The notes beneath the pieces were generated by a model. That model searched no databases, had not been told where the DNA came from, and saw only the letters and a list, made by a program, of their open reading frames with translations. Shown one piece after another: positions 15,001 through 30,000 of a stretch of 64,000 bases of DNA. Numbering within the stretch: position 1 is the stretch's first letter; each line of letters starts with the position of its first letter. The stretch is from Nemertoderma westbladi (taxonomy: Eukaryota; Animalia; Xenacoelomorpha), in NCBI GenBank assembly GCA_032718475.1, contig JAUCBJ010007443.1:1-64000 (forward strand). The letters are read 5' to 3'. The position numbers and the translations under genes are program-made.

Positions 15001-18000
15001 CAGTGTCGGCCATGTTCCAATCAGTCCCACAGTACAGTTGGTTGTACACGTACAGGAGTTACAGTGTCGGCCGTGTTCCAATCAGTCCCACAGTACAGTT
15101 GGTTGTACACGTACAGGAGTTACAGTGTCGGCCGTGTTCCAATCAGTCCCACAGTACAGTTGGTTGTACACGTACAGGAGTTACAGTGTCGGCCGTGTTC
15201 CAATCAGTCCCACAGTACAGTTGGTTGTACACGTACAGGAGTTACAGTGTCGGCCGTGTTCCAATCAGTCCCACAGTACAGTTGGTTGTACACGTACAGG
15301 AGTTACAGTGTCGGCCGTGTTCCTATCAGTCCCACAGTACAGTTGGTTGTACACGTACAGGAGTTACAGTGTCGGCCATGTTCTAATCAGTCCCACAGTA
15401 GAGTTGGTTGTACACGTACAGGAGTTACAGTGTCGGCCATGTTCTAATCAGTCCCACAGTACAGTTGGTTGTACACGTACAGGAGTTACAGTGTCGACCG
15501 TGTTCCAATCAGTCCCACAGTACAGTTGGTTGTACACGTACAGGAGTTACAGTGTCGGCCATGTTCCAATCAGTCCCACAGTACAGTTGGTTGTACACGT
15601 ACAGGAGTTACAGTGTCGGCCGTGTTCCAATCAGTCCCACAGTACAGTTGGTTGTACACGTACAGGAGTTACAGTGTCGGCCGTGTTCCTATCAGTCCCA
15701 CAGTACAGTTGGTTGTACACGTACAGGAGTTACAGTGTCGACCGTGTTCCAATCAGTCCCACAGTACAGTTGGTTGTACACGTACAGGAGTTACAGTGTC
15801 GGCCGTGTTCCAATCAGTCCCACAGTACAGTTGGTTGTACACGTACAGGAGTTACAGTGTCGGCCGTGTTCCAATCAGTCCCACAGTACAGTTGGTTGTA
15901 CACGTACAGGAGTTACAGTGTCGGCCGTGTTCCTATCAGTCCCACAGTACAGTTGGTTGTACACGTACAGGAGTTACAGTATCGAACATGTTCCTATCAG
16001 TCCCACAGTACAGTTGGTTGTACACGTACAGGAGTTACAGTGTCGACCGTGTTCCTATCAGTCCCACAGTACAGTTGGTTGTACACGTACAGGAGTTACA
16101 GTGTCGGCCGTGTTCCTATCAGTCCCACAGTACAGTTGGTTGTACACGTACAGGAGTTACAGTGTCGAACATGTTCCAATCAGTCCCACAGTACAGTTGG
16201 TTGTACACGTACAGGAGTTACAGTGTCGACCGTGTTCCTATCAGTCCCACAGTACAGTTGGTTGTACACGTACAGGAGTTACAGTGTCGAACATGTTCCA
16301 ATCAGTCCCACAGTACAGTTGGTTGTACACGTACAGGAGTTACAGTGTCGGCCGTGTTCCTATCAGTCCCACAGTACAGTTGGTTGTACACGTACAGGAG
16401 TTACAGTGTCGAACATGTTCCAATCAGTCCCACAGTACAGTTGGTTGTACACGTACAGGAGTTACAGTGTCGGCCGTGTTCCTATCCGTCCCACAGTACA
16501 GTTGGTTGTACACGTACAGGAGTTACAGTGTCGGCCGTGTTCCTATCCGTCCCACAGTACAGTTGGTTGTACACGTACAGGAGTTACAGTGTCGAACATG
16601 TTCCAATCAGTCCCACAGTACAGTTGGTTGTACACGTACAGGAGTTACAGTGTCGGCCGTGTTCCTATCCGTCCCACAGTACAGTTGGTTGTACACGTAC
16701 AGGAGTTACAGTGTCGAACATGTTCCAATCAGTCCCACAGTACAGTTGGTTGTACACGTACAGGAGTTACAGTGTCGGCCATGTTCCAATCAGTCCCACA
16801 GTACAGTTGGTTGTACACGTACAGGAGTTACAGTGTCGGCCATGTTCCAATCAGTCCCACAGTACAGTTGGTTGTACACGTACAGGAGTTACAGTATCGA
16901 ACATGTTCCTATCAGTCCCACAGTACAGTTGGTTGTACACGTACAGGAGTTACAGTGTCGACCGTGTTCCTATCAGTCCCACAGTACAGTTGGTTGTACA
17001 CGTACAGGAGTTACAGTGTCGGCCGTGTTCCAATCAGTCCCACAGTACAGTTGGTTGTACACGTACAGGAGTTACAGTGTCGGCCGTGTTCCAATCAGTC
17101 CCACAGTACAGTTGGTTGTACACGTACAGGAGTTACAGTGTCGAACATGTTCCTATCAGTCCCACAGTACAGTTGGTTGTACACGTACAGGAGTTACAGT
17201 GTCGGCCGTGTTCCAATCAGTCCCACAGTACAGTTGGTTGTACACGTACAGGAGTTACAGTGTCGGCCGTGTTCCAATCAGTCCCACAGTACAGTTGGTT
17301 GTACACGTACAGGAGTTACAGTGTCGGCCGTGTTCCTATCAGTCCCACAGTACAGTTGGTTGTACACGTACAGGAGTTACAGTGTCGGCCGTGTTCCTAT
17401 CAGTCCCACAGTACAGTTGGTTGTACACGTACAGGAGTTACAGTGTCGAACATGTTCCTATCAGTCCCACAGTACAGTTGGTTGTACACGTACAGGAGTT
17501 ACAGTGTCGACCGTGTTCCTATCAGTCCCACAGTACAGTTGGTTGTACACGTACAGGAGTTACAGTGTCGGCCGTGTTCCAATCAGTCCCACAGTACAGT
17601 TGGTTGTACACGTACAGGAGTTACAGTGTCGGCCGTGTTCCAATCAGTCCCACAGTACAGTTGGTTGTACACGTACAGGAGTTACAGTGTCGGCCGTGTT
17701 CCTATCAGTCCCACAGTACAGTTGGTTGTACACGTACAGGAGTTACAGTGTCGGCAGTGTTCCAATCAGTCCCACAGTACAGTTGGTTGTACACGTACAG
17801 GAGTTACAGTGTCGGCCGTGTTCCTATCAGTCCCACAGTACAGTTGGTTGTACACGTACAGGAGTTACAGTGTCGGCCGTGTTCCAATCAGTCCCACAGT
17901 ACAGTTGGTTGTACACGTACAGGAGTTACAGTGTCGGCCGTGTTCCAATCAGTCCCACAGTACAGTTGGTTGTACACGTACAGGAGTTACAGTGTCGGCC

Positions 18001-21000
18001 GTGTTCCTATCAGTCCCACAGTACAGTTGGTTGTACACGTACAGGAGTTACAGTGTCGGCCGTGTTCCAATCAGTCCCACAGTACAGTTGGTTGTACACG
18101 TACAGGAGTTACAGTGTCGACCGTGTTCCTATCAGTCCCACAGTACAGTTGGTTGTACACGTACAGGAGTTACAGTGTCGGCCATGTTCCAATCAGTCCC
18201 ACAGTACAGTTGGTTGTACACGTACAGGAGTTACAGTGTCGACCGTGTTCCTATCAGTCCCACAGTACAGTTGGTTGTACACGTACAGGAGTTACAGTGT
18301 CGGCCATGTTCCAATCAGTCCCACAGTACAGTTGGTTGTACACGTACAGGAGTTACAGTGTCGGCCGTGTTCCAATCAGTCCCACAGTACAGTTGGTTGT
18401 ACACGTACAGGAGTTACAGTGTCGGCCGTGTTCCAATCAGTCCCACAGTACAGTTGGTTGTACACGTACAGGAGTTACAGTGTCGGCCGTGTTCCAATCA
18501 GTCCCACAGTACAGTTGGTTGTACACGTACAGGAGTTACAGTGTCGGCCGTGTTCCAATCAGTCCCACAGTACAGTTGGTTGTACACGTACAGGAGTTAC
18601 AGTGTCGGCCGTGTTCCTATCAGTCCCACAGTACAGTTGGTTGTACACGTACAGGAGTTACAGTGTCGACCGTGTTCCTATCAGTCCCACAGTACAGTTG
18701 GTTGTACACGTACAGGAGTTACAGTGTCGGCCATGTTCCAATCAGTCCCACAGTACAGTTGGTTGTACACGTACAGGAGTTACAGTGTCGACCGTGTTCC
18801 TATCAGTCCCACAGTACAGTTGGTTGTACACGTACAGGAGTTACAGTGTCGGCCGTGTTCCTATCAGTCCCACAGTACAGTTGGTTGTACACGTACAGGA
18901 GTTACAGTGTCGGCCGTGTTCCTATCAGTCCCACAGTACAGTTGGTTGTACACGTACAGGAGTTACAGTGTCGGCAGTGTTCCTATCAGTCCCACAGTAC
19001 AGTTGGTTGTACACGTACAGGAGTTACAGTGTCGACCGTGTTCCTATCAGTCCCACAGTACAGTTGGTTGTACACGTACAGGAGTTACAGTATCGGCCGT
19101 GTTCCAATCAGTCCCACAGTACAGTTGGTTGTACACGTACAGGAGTTACAGTGTCGGCCGTGTTCCTATCAGTCCCACAGTACAGTTGGTTGTACACGTA
19201 CAGGAGTTACAGTATCGAACATGTTCCTATCAGTCCCACAGTACAGTTGGTTGTACACGTACAGGAGTTACAGTATCGAACATGTTCCTATCAGTCCCAC
19301 AGTACAGTTGGTTGTACACGTACAGGAGTTACAGTGTCGACCGTGTTCCTATCAGTCCCACAGTACAGTTGGTTGTACACGTACAGGAGTTACAGTGTCG
19401 AACATGTTCCAATCAGTCCCACAGTACAGTTGGTTGTACACGTACAGGAGTTACAGTGTCGGCCATGTTCCTATCAGTCCCACAGTACAGTTGGTTGTAC
19501 ACGTACAGGAGTTACAGTGTCGGCCGTGTTCCAATCAGTCCCACAGTACAGTTGGTTGTACACGTACAGGAGTTACAGTGTCGGCCGTGTTCCTATCAGT
19601 CCCACAGTACAGTTGGTTGTACACGTACAGGAGTTACAGTGTCGGCCGTGTTCCAATCAGTCCCACAGTACAGTTGGTTGTACACGTACAGGAGTTACAG
19701 TGTCGGCCGTGTTCCAATCAGTCCCACAGTACAGTTGGTTGTACACGTACAGGAGTTACAGTGTCGGCAGTGTTCCAATCAGTCCCACAGTACAGTTGGT
19801 TGTACACGTACAGGAGTTACAGTGTCGGCCGTGTTCCAATCAGTCCCACAGTACAGTTGGTTGTACACGTACAGGAGTTACAGTGTCGACCGTGTTCCTA
19901 TCAGTCCCACAGTACAGTTGGTTGTACACGTACAGGAGTTACAGTGTCGGCCGTGTTCCAATCAGTCCCACAGTACAGTTGGTTGTACACGTACAGGAGT
20001 TACAGTGTCGGCCGTGTTCCAATCAGTCCCACAGTACAGTTGGTTGTACACGTACAGGAGTTACAGTGTCGGCCGTGTTCCTATCAGTCCCACAGTACAG
20101 TTGGTTGTACACGTACAGGAGTTACAGTGTCGACCGTGTTCCTATCAGTCCCACAGTACAGTTGGTTGTACACGTACAGGAGTTACAGTGTCGACCGTGT
20201 TCCTATCAGTCCCACAGTACAGTTGGTTGTACACGTACAGGAGTTACAGTGTCGAACATGTTCCTATCAGTCCCACAGTACAGTTGGTTGTACACGTACA
20301 GGAGTTACAGTGTCGGCCGTGTTCCTATCAGTCCCACAGTACAGTTGGTTGTACACGTACAGGAGTTACAGTGTCGGCCGTGTTCCAATCAGTCCCACAG
20401 TACAGTTGGTTGTACACGTACAGGAGTTACAGTGTCGGCCGTGTTCCTATCAGTCCCACAGTACAGTTGGTTGTACACGTACAGGAGTTACAGTGTCGGC
20501 CGTGTTCCTATCAGTCCCACAGTACAGTTGGTTGTACACGTACAGGAGTTACAGTGTCGGCCGTGTTCCTATCAGTCCCACAGTACAGTTGGTTGTACAC
20601 GTACAGGAGTTACAGTGTCGGCAGTGTTCCAATCAGTCCCACAGTACAGTTGGTTGTACACGTACAGGAGTTACAGTGTCGGCCGTGTTCCAATCAGTCC
20701 CACAGTACAGTTGGTTGTACACGTACAGGAGTTACAGTGTCGAACATGTTCCTATCAGTCCCACAGTACAGTTGGTTGTACACGTACAGGAGTTACAGTG
20801 TCGGCCGTGTTCCAATCAGTCCCACAGTACAGTTGGTTGTACACGTACAGGAGTTACAGTGTCGGCCGTGTTCCTATCAGTCCCACAGTACAGTTGGTTG
20901 TACACGTACAGGAGTTACAGTGTCGGCCGTGTTCCTATCAGTCCCACAGTACAGTTGGTTGTACACGTACAGGAGTTACAGTGTCGACCGTGTTCCTATC

Positions 21001-24000
21001 AGTCCCACAGTACAGTTGGTTGTACACGTACAGGAGTTACAGTGTCGGCCGTGTTCCAATCAGTCCCACAGTACAGTTGGTTGTACACGTACAGGAGTTA
21101 CAGTGTCGGCCGTGTTCCAATCAGTCCCACAGTACAGTTGGTTGTACACGTACAGGAGTTACAGTGTCGGCAGTGTTCCTATCAGTCCCACAGTACAGTT
21201 GGTTGTACACGTACAGGAGTTACAGTGTCGGCCGTGTTCCAATCAGTCCCACAGTACAGTTGGTTGTACACGTACAGGAGTTACAGTGTCGACCGTGTTC
21301 CTATCAGTCCCACAGTACAGTTGGTTGTACACGTACAGGAGTTACAGTGTCGGCCGTGTTCCAATCAGTCCCACAGTACAGTTGGTTGTACACGTACAGG
21401 AGTTACAGTGTCGGCCGTGTTCCAATCAGTCCCACAGTACAGTTGGTTGTACACGTACAGGAGTTACAGTGTCGGCCGTGTTCCAATCAGTCCCACAGTA
21501 CAGTTGGTTGTACACGTACAGGAGTTACAGTGTCGGCCGTGTTCCTATCAGTCCCACAGTACAGTTGGTTGTACACGTACAGGAGTTACAGTGTCGGCCG
21601 TGTTCCTATCAGTCCCACAGTACAGTTGGTTGTACACGTACAGGAGTTACAGTGTCGGCCGTGTTCCTATCAGTCCCACAGTACAGTTGGTTGTACACGT
21701 ACAGGAGTTACAGTGTCGGCCGTGTTCCAATCAGTCCCACAGTACAGTTGGTTGTACACGTACAGGAGTTACAGTGTCGGCCGTGTTCCTATCAGTCCCA
21801 CAGTACAGTTGGTTGTACACGTACAGGAGTTACAGTGTCGGCCGTGTTCCAATCAGTCCCACAGTACAGTTGGTTGTACACGTACAGGAGTTACAGTGTC
21901 GACCGTGTTCCTATCAGTCCCACAGTACAGTTGGTTGTACACGTACAGGAGTTACAGTGTCGGCCGTGTTCCAATCAGTCCCACAGTACAGTTGGTTGTA
22001 CACGTACAGGAGTTACAGTGTCGGCCATGTTCCTATCAGTCCCACAGTACAGTTGGTTGTACACGTACAGGAGTTACAGTGTCGGCCGTGTTCCAATCAG
22101 TCCCACAGTACAGTTGGTTGTACACGTACAGGAGTTACAGTGTCGGCCGTGTTCCAATCAGTCCCACAGTACAGTTGGTTGTACACGTACAGGAGTTACA
22201 GTGTCGGCCGTGTTCCTATCAGTCCCACAGTACAGTTGGTTGTACACGTACAGGAGTTACAGTGTCGGCCGTGTTCCAATCAGTCCCACAGTACAGTTGG
22301 TTGTACACGTACAGGAGTTACAGTGTCGGCCGTGTTCCTATCAGTCCCACAGTACAGTTGGTTGTACACGTACAGGAGTTACAGTGTCGGCCGTGTTCCA
22401 ATCAGTCCCACAGTACAGTTGGTTGTACACGTACAGGAGTTACAGTGTCGGCCGTGTTCCAATCAGTCCCACAGTACAGTTGGTTGTACACGTACAGGAG
22501 TTACAGTATCGAACATGTTCCTATCAGTCCCACAGTACAGTTGGTTGTACACGTACAGGAGTTACAGTGTCGGCCGTGTTCCAATCAGTCCCACAGTACA
22601 GTTGGTTGTACACGTACAGGAGTTACAGTGTCGGACATGTTCCAATCAGTCCCACAGTACAGTTGGTTGTACACGTACAGGAGTTACAGTGTCGGCCGTG
22701 TTCCAATCAGTCCCACAGTACAGTTGGTTGTACACGTACAGGAGTTACAGTGTCGACCATGTTCCTATCAGTCCCACAGTACAGTTGGTTGTACACGTAC
22801 AGGAGTTACAGTGTCGACCATGTTCCTATCAGTCCCACAGTACAGTTGGTTGTACACGTACAGGAGTTACAGTGTCGGCCGTGTTCCTATCAGTCCCACA
22901 GTACAGTTGGTTGTACACGTACAGGAGTTACAGTGTCGACCGTGTTCCAATCAGTCCCACAGTACAGTTGGTTGTACACGTACAGGAGTTACAGTGTCGG
23001 CAGTGTTCCAATCAGTCCCACAGTACAGTTGGTTGTACACGTACAGGAGTTACAGTGTCGACAGTGTTCCTATCAGTCCCACAGTACAGTTGGTTGTACA
23101 CGTACAGGAGTTACAGTGTCGGCCGTGTTCCAATCAGTCCCACAGTACAGTTGGTTGTACACGTACAGGAGTTACAGTGTCGGCCGTGTTCCAATCAGTC
23201 CCACAGTACAGTTGGTTGTACACGTACAGGAGTTACAGTGTCGGCCGTGTTCCAATCAGTCCCACAGTACAGTTGGTTGTACACGTACAGGAGTTACAGT
23301 GTCGGCCGTGTTCCAATCAGTCCCACAGTACAGTTGGTTGTACACGTACAGGAGTTACAGTGTCGGCCGTGTTCCAATCAGTCCCACAGTACAGTTGGTT
23401 GTACACGTACAGGAGTTACAGTGTCGGCCGTGTTCCAATCAGTCCCACAGTACAGTTGGTTGTACACGTACAGGAGTTACAGTGTCGGCCGTGTTCCTAT
23501 CAGTCCCACAGTACAGTTGGTTGTACACGTACAGGAGTTACAGTGTCGGCCGTGTTCCAATCAGTCCCACAGTACAGTTGGTTGTACACGTACAGGAGTT
23601 ACAGTGTCGGCCGTGTTCCTATCAGTCCCACAGTACAGTTGGTTGTACACGTACAGGAGTTACAGTGTCGACCATGTTCCTATCAGTCCCACAGTACAGT
23701 TGGTTGTACACGTACAGGAGTTACAGTGTCGGCCGTGTTCCAATCAGTCCCACAGTACAGTTGGTTGTACACGTACAGGAGTTACAGTGTCGACCGTGTT
23801 CCTATCAGTCCCACAGTACAGTTGGTTGTACACGTACAGGAGTTACAGTGTCGGCCGTGTTCCTATCAGTCCCACAGTACAGTTGGTTGTACACGTACAG
23901 GAGTTACAGTGTCGACCATGTTCCTATCAGTCCCACAGTACAGTTGGTTGTACACGTACAGGAGTTACAGTATCGAACATGTTCCTATCAGTCCCACAGT

Positions 24001-27000
24001 ACAGTTGGTTGTACACGTACAGGAGTTACAGTGTCGGCCGTGTTCCTATCAGTCCCACAGTACAGTTGGTTGTACACGTACAGGAGTTACAGTGTCGGCC
24101 GTGTTCCTATCAGTCCCACAGTACAGTTGGTTGTACACGTACAGGAGTTACAGTGTCGGCAGTGTTCCAATCAGTCCCACAGTACAGTTGGTTGTACACG
24201 TACAGGAGTTACAGTGTCGGCCGTGTTCCTATCAGTCCCACAGTACAGTTGGTTGTACACGTACAGGAGTTACAGTGTCGGCCATGTTCCTATCAGTCCC
24301 ACAGTACAGTTGGTTGTACACGTACAGGAGTTACAGTGTCGGCCGTGTTCCAATCAGTCCCACAGTACAGTTGGTTGTACACGTACAGGAGTTACAGTGT
24401 CGGCCGTGTTCCAATCAGTCCCACAGTACAGTTGGTTGTACACGTACAGGAGTTACAGTGTCGGCCGTGTTCCTATCAGTCCCACAGTACAGTTGGTTGT
24501 ACACGTACAGGAGTTACAGTGTCGGCCGTGTTCCTATCAGTCCCACAGTACAGTTGGTTGTACACGTACAGGAGTTACAGTGTCGGCCGTGTTCCTATCA
24601 GTCCCACAGTACAGTTGGTTGTACACGTACAGGAGTTACAGTGTCGGCCGTGTTCCTATCAGTCCCACAGTACAGTTGGTTGTACACGTACAGGAGTTAC
24701 AGTGTCGGCCGTGTTCCAATCAGTCCCACAGTACAGTTGGTTGTACACGTACAGGAGTTACAGTGTCGGCCGTGTTCCTATCAGTCCCACAGTACAGTTG
24801 GTTGTACACGTACAGGAGTTACAGTGTCGGCCGTGTTCCAATCAGTCCCACAGTACAGTTGGTTGTACACGTACAGGAGTTACAGTGTCGGCCGTGTTCC
24901 TATCAGTCCCACAGTACAGTTGGTTGTACACGTACAGGAGTTACAGTGTCGGCCATGTTCCAATCAGTCCCACAGTACAGTTGGTTGTACACGTACAGGA
25001 GTTACAGTATCGAACATGTTCCTATCAGTCCCACAGTACAGTTGGTTGTACACGTACAGGAGTTACAGTGTCGGCCGTGTTCCAATCAGTCCCACAGTAC
25101 AGTTGGTTGTACACGTACAGGAGTTACAGTGCCGGCCGTGTTCCTATCAGTCCCACAGTACAGTTGGTTGTACACGTACAGGAGTTACAGTGTCGGCCGT
25201 GTTCCAATCAGTCCCACAGTACAGTTGGTTGTACACGTACAGGAGTTACAGTATCGAACATGTTCCTATCAGTCCCACAGTACAGTTGGTTGTACACGTA
25301 CAGGAGTTACAGTGTCGGCCGTGTTCCAATCAGTCCCACAGTACAGTTGGTTGTACACGTGTACAGGAGTTACAGTATCGAACATGTTCCTATCAGTCCC
25401 ACAGTACAGTTGGTTGTACACGTACAGGAGTTACAGTGTCGGCCGTGTTCCAATCAGTCCCACAGTACAGTTGGTTGTACACGTACAGGAGTTACAGTGT
25501 CGGCCGTGTTCCTATCAGTCCCACAGTACAGTTGGTTGTACACGTACAGGAGTTACAGTGTCGGCCGTGTTCCAATCAGTCCCACAGTACAGTTGGTTGT
25601 ACACGTACAGGAGTTACAGTGTCGGCCGTGTTCCAATCAGTCCCACAGTACAGTTGGTTGTACACGTACAGGAGTTACAGTGTCGGCCATGTTCCTATCA
25701 GTCCCACAGTACAGTTGGTTGTACACGTACAGGAGTTACAGTGTCGGCCGTGTTCCTATCAGTCCCACAGTACAGTTGGTTGTACACGTGTACAGGAGTT
25801 ACAGTGTCGGCAGTGTTCCAATCAGTCCCACAGTACAGTTGGTTGTACACGTGTACAGGAGTTACAGTGTCGGACATGTTCCTATCAGTCCCACAGTACA
25901 GTTGGTTGTACACGTACAGGAGTTACAGTGTCGGACATGTTCCTATCCGTCCCACAGTACAGTTGGTTGTACACGTACAGGAGTTACAGTGTCGGCCGTG
26001 TTCCTATCAGTCCCACAGTACAGTTGGTTGTACACGTACAGGAGTTACAGTGTCGGCCGTGTTCCTATCAGTCCCACAGTACAGTTGGTTGTACACGTAC
26101 AGGAGTTACAGTGTCGGCCGTGTTCCTATCAGTCCCACAGTACAGTTGGTTGTACACGTACAGGAGTTACAGTGTCGGCCGTGTTCCTATCAGTCCCACA
26201 GTACAGTTGGTTGTACACGTACAGGAGTTACAGTGTCGGCAGTGTTCCAATCAGTCCCACAGTACAGTTGGTTGTACACGTACAGGAGTTACAGTGTCGG
26301 AGTCCCACAGTACAGTTGGTTGTACACGTACAGGAGTTACAGTGTCGGCCGTGTTCCAATCAGTCCCACAGTACAGTTGGTTGTACACGTACAGGAGTTA
26401 CAGTGTCGGCCGTGTTCCTATCAGTCCCACAGTACAGTTGGTTGTACACGTACAGGAGTTACAGTGTCGGCCGTGTTCCTATCAGTCCCACAGTACAGTT
26501 GGTTGTACACGTACAGGAGTTACAGTGTCGGCAGTGTTCCAATCAGTCCCACAGTACAGTTGGTTGTACACGTACAGGAGTTACAGTGTCGGAGTCCCAC
26601 AGTACAGTTGGTTGTACACGTACAGGAGTTACAGTGTCGGCCGTGTTCCAATCAGTCCCACAGTACAGTTGGTTGTACACGTACAGGAGTTACAGTATCG
26701 AACATGTTCCAATCAGTCCCACAGTACAGTTGGTTGTACACGTACAGGAGTTACAGTGTCGACCGTGTTCCAATCAGTCCCACAGTACAGTTGGTTGTAC
26801 ACGTACAGGAGTTACAGTGTCGGCAGTGTTCCTATCAGTCCCACAGTACAGTTGGTTGTACACGTACAGGAGTTACAGTGTCGGCCGTGTTCCAATCAGT
26901 CCCACAGTACAGTTGGTTGTACACGTACAGGAGTTACAGTGTCGGCCGTGTTCCAATCAGTCCCACAGTACAGTTGGTTGTACACGTACAGGAGTTACAG

Positions 27001-30000
27001 TGTCGGCCGTGTTCCAATCAGTCCCACAGTACAGTTGGTTGTACACGTGTACAGGAGTTACAGTATCGGCAGTGTTCCAATCAGTCCCACAGTACAGTTG
27101 GTTGTACACGTACAGGAGTTACAGTGTCGGCCGTGTTCCAATCAGTCCCACAGTACAGTTGGTTGTACACGTACAGGAGTTACAGTGTCGGCCGTGTTCC
27201 AATCAGTCCCACAGTACAGTTGGTTGTACACGTACAGGAGTTACAGTGTCGGCCGTGTTCCAATCAGTCCCACAGTACAGTTGGTTGTACACGTGTACAG
27301 GAGTTACAGTATCGGCAGTGTTCCAATCAGTCCCACAGTACAGTTGGTTGTACACGTGTACAGGAGTTACAGTGTCGGACATGTTCCTATCAGTCCCACA
27401 GTACAGTTGGTTGTACACGTACAGGAGTTACAGTGTCGGACATGTTCCTATCCGTCCCACAGTACAGTTGGTTGTACACGTACAGGAGTTACAGTGTCGG
27501 CCGTGTTCCTATCAGTCCCACAGTACAGTTGGTTGTACACGTACAGGAGTTACAGTGCCGGCCGTGTTCCTATCAGTCCCACAGTACAGTTGGTTGTACA
27601 CGTACAGGAGTTACAGTGTCGGCAGTGTTCCAATCAGTCCCACAGTACAGTTGGTTGTACACGTACAGGAGTTACAGTGTCGGAGTCCCACAGTACAGTT
27701 GGTTGTACACGTACAGGAGTTACAGTGTCGGCCGTGTTCCTATCAGTCCCACAGTACAGTTGGTTGTACACGTACAGGAGTTACAGTGCCGGCCGTGTTC
27801 CAATCAGTCCCACAGTACAGTTGGTTGTACACGTACAGGAGTTACAGTGTCGGCCGTGTTCCCATCAGTCCCACAGTACAGTTGGTTGTACACGTACAGG
27901 AGTTACAGTGTCGGCCGTGTTCCAATCAGTCCCACAGTACAGTTGGTTGTACACGTACAGGAGTTACAGTGTCGGCCGTGTTCCCATCAGTCCCACAGTA
28001 CAGTTGGTTGTACACGTACAGGAGTTACAGTGTCGGCCGTGTTCCAATCAGTCCCACAGTACAGTTGGTTGTACACGTACAGGAGTTACAGTGTCGGCCG
28101 TGTTCCAATCAGTCCCACAGTACAGTTGGTTGTACACGTACAGGAGTTACAGTGTCGGCCATGTTCCTATCAGTCCCACAGTACAGTTGGTTGTACACGT
28201 ACAGGAGTTACAGTGTCGGCCGTGTTCCAATCAGTCCCACAGTACAGTTGGTTGTACACGTACAGGAGTTACAGTGTCGGCCGTGTTCCTATCAGTCCCA
28301 CAGTACAGTTGGTTGTACACGTACAGGAGTTACAGTGTCGGCCATGTTCCTATCAGTCCCACAGTACAGTTGGTTGTACACGTACAGGAGTTACAGTGCC
28401 GGCCGTGTTCCAATCAGTCCCACAGTACAGTTGGTTGTACACGTACAGGAGTTACAGTGTCGGCCATGTTCCTATCAGTCCCACAGTACAGTTGGTTGTA
28501 CACGTACAGGAGTTACAGTGTCGGCCATGTTCCTATCAGTCCCACAGTACAGTTGGTTGTACACGTACAGGAGTTACAGTGTCGGCCGTGTTCCTATCCG
28601 TCCCACAGTACAGTTGGTTGTACACGTACAGGAGTTACAGTGTCGGCCGTGTTCCAATCAGTCCCACAGTACAGTTGGTTGTACACGTACAGGAGTTACA
28701 GTGTCGGCCGTGTTCCTATCAGTCCCACAGTACAGTTGGTTGTACACGTACAGGAGTTACAGTGTCGGCCATGTTCCTATCAGTCCCACAGTACAGTTGG
28801 TTGTACACGTACAGGAGTTACAGTGCCGGCCGTGTTCCAATCAGTCCCACAGTACAGTTGGTTGTACACGTACAGGAGTTACAGTGTCGGCCATGTTCCT
28901 ATCAGTCCCACAGTACAGTTGGTTGTACACGTACAGGAGTTACAGTGTCGGCCGTGTTCCTATCCGTCCCACAGTACAGTTGGTTGTACACGTACAGGAG
29001 TTACAGTGTCGGCCGTGTTCCAATCAGTCCCACAGTACAGTTGGTTGTACACGTACAGGAGTTACAGTGTCGGCCGTGTTCCAATCAGTCCCACAGTACA
29101 GTTGGTTGTACACGTACAGGAGTTACAGTGCCGGCCGTGTTCCTATCAGTCCCACAGTACAGTTGGTTGTACACGTACAGGAGTTACAGTGTCGGCCGTG
29201 TTCCAATCAGTCCCACAGTACAGTTGGTTGTACACGTACAGGAGTTACAGTATCGGCCGTGTTCCTATCAGTCCCACAGTACAGTTGGTTGTACACGTAC
29301 AGGAGTTACAGTGTCGGCCATGTTCCTATCAGTCCCACAGTACAGTTGGTTGTACACGTACAGGAGTTACAGTGTCGGACATGTTCCAATCAGTCCCACA
29401 GTACAGTTGGTTGTACACGTACAGGAGTTACAGTATCGGCCGTGTTCCTATCAGTCCCACAGTACAGTTGGTTGTACACGTACAGGAGTTACAGTGTCGG
29501 CCGTGTTCCAATCAGTCCCACAGTACAGTTGGTTGTACACGTACAGGAGTTACAGTGTCGGCCGTGTTCCTATCAGTCCCACAGTACAGTTGGTTGTACA
29601 CGTACAGGAGTTACAGTGTCGGCCGTGTTCCTATCAGTCCCACAGTACAGTTGGTTGTACACGTACAGGAGTTACAGTGTCGGCCGTGTTCCAATCAGTC
29701 CCACAGTACAGTTGGTTGTACACGTACAGGAGTTACAGTGTCGGCCGTGTTCCTATCAGTCCCACAGTACAGTTGGTTGTACACGTACAGGAGTTACAGT
29801 GTCGGCCGTGTTCCAATCAGTCCCACAGTACAGTTGGTTGTACACGTACAGGAGTTACAGTGTCGGCCGTGTTCCTATCAGTCCCACAGTACAGTTGGTT
29901 GTACACGTACAGGAGTTACAGTGTCGGCCATGTTCCTATCAGTCCCACAGTACAGTTGGTTGTACACGTACAGGAGTTACAGTGTCGGCCGTGTTCCAAT

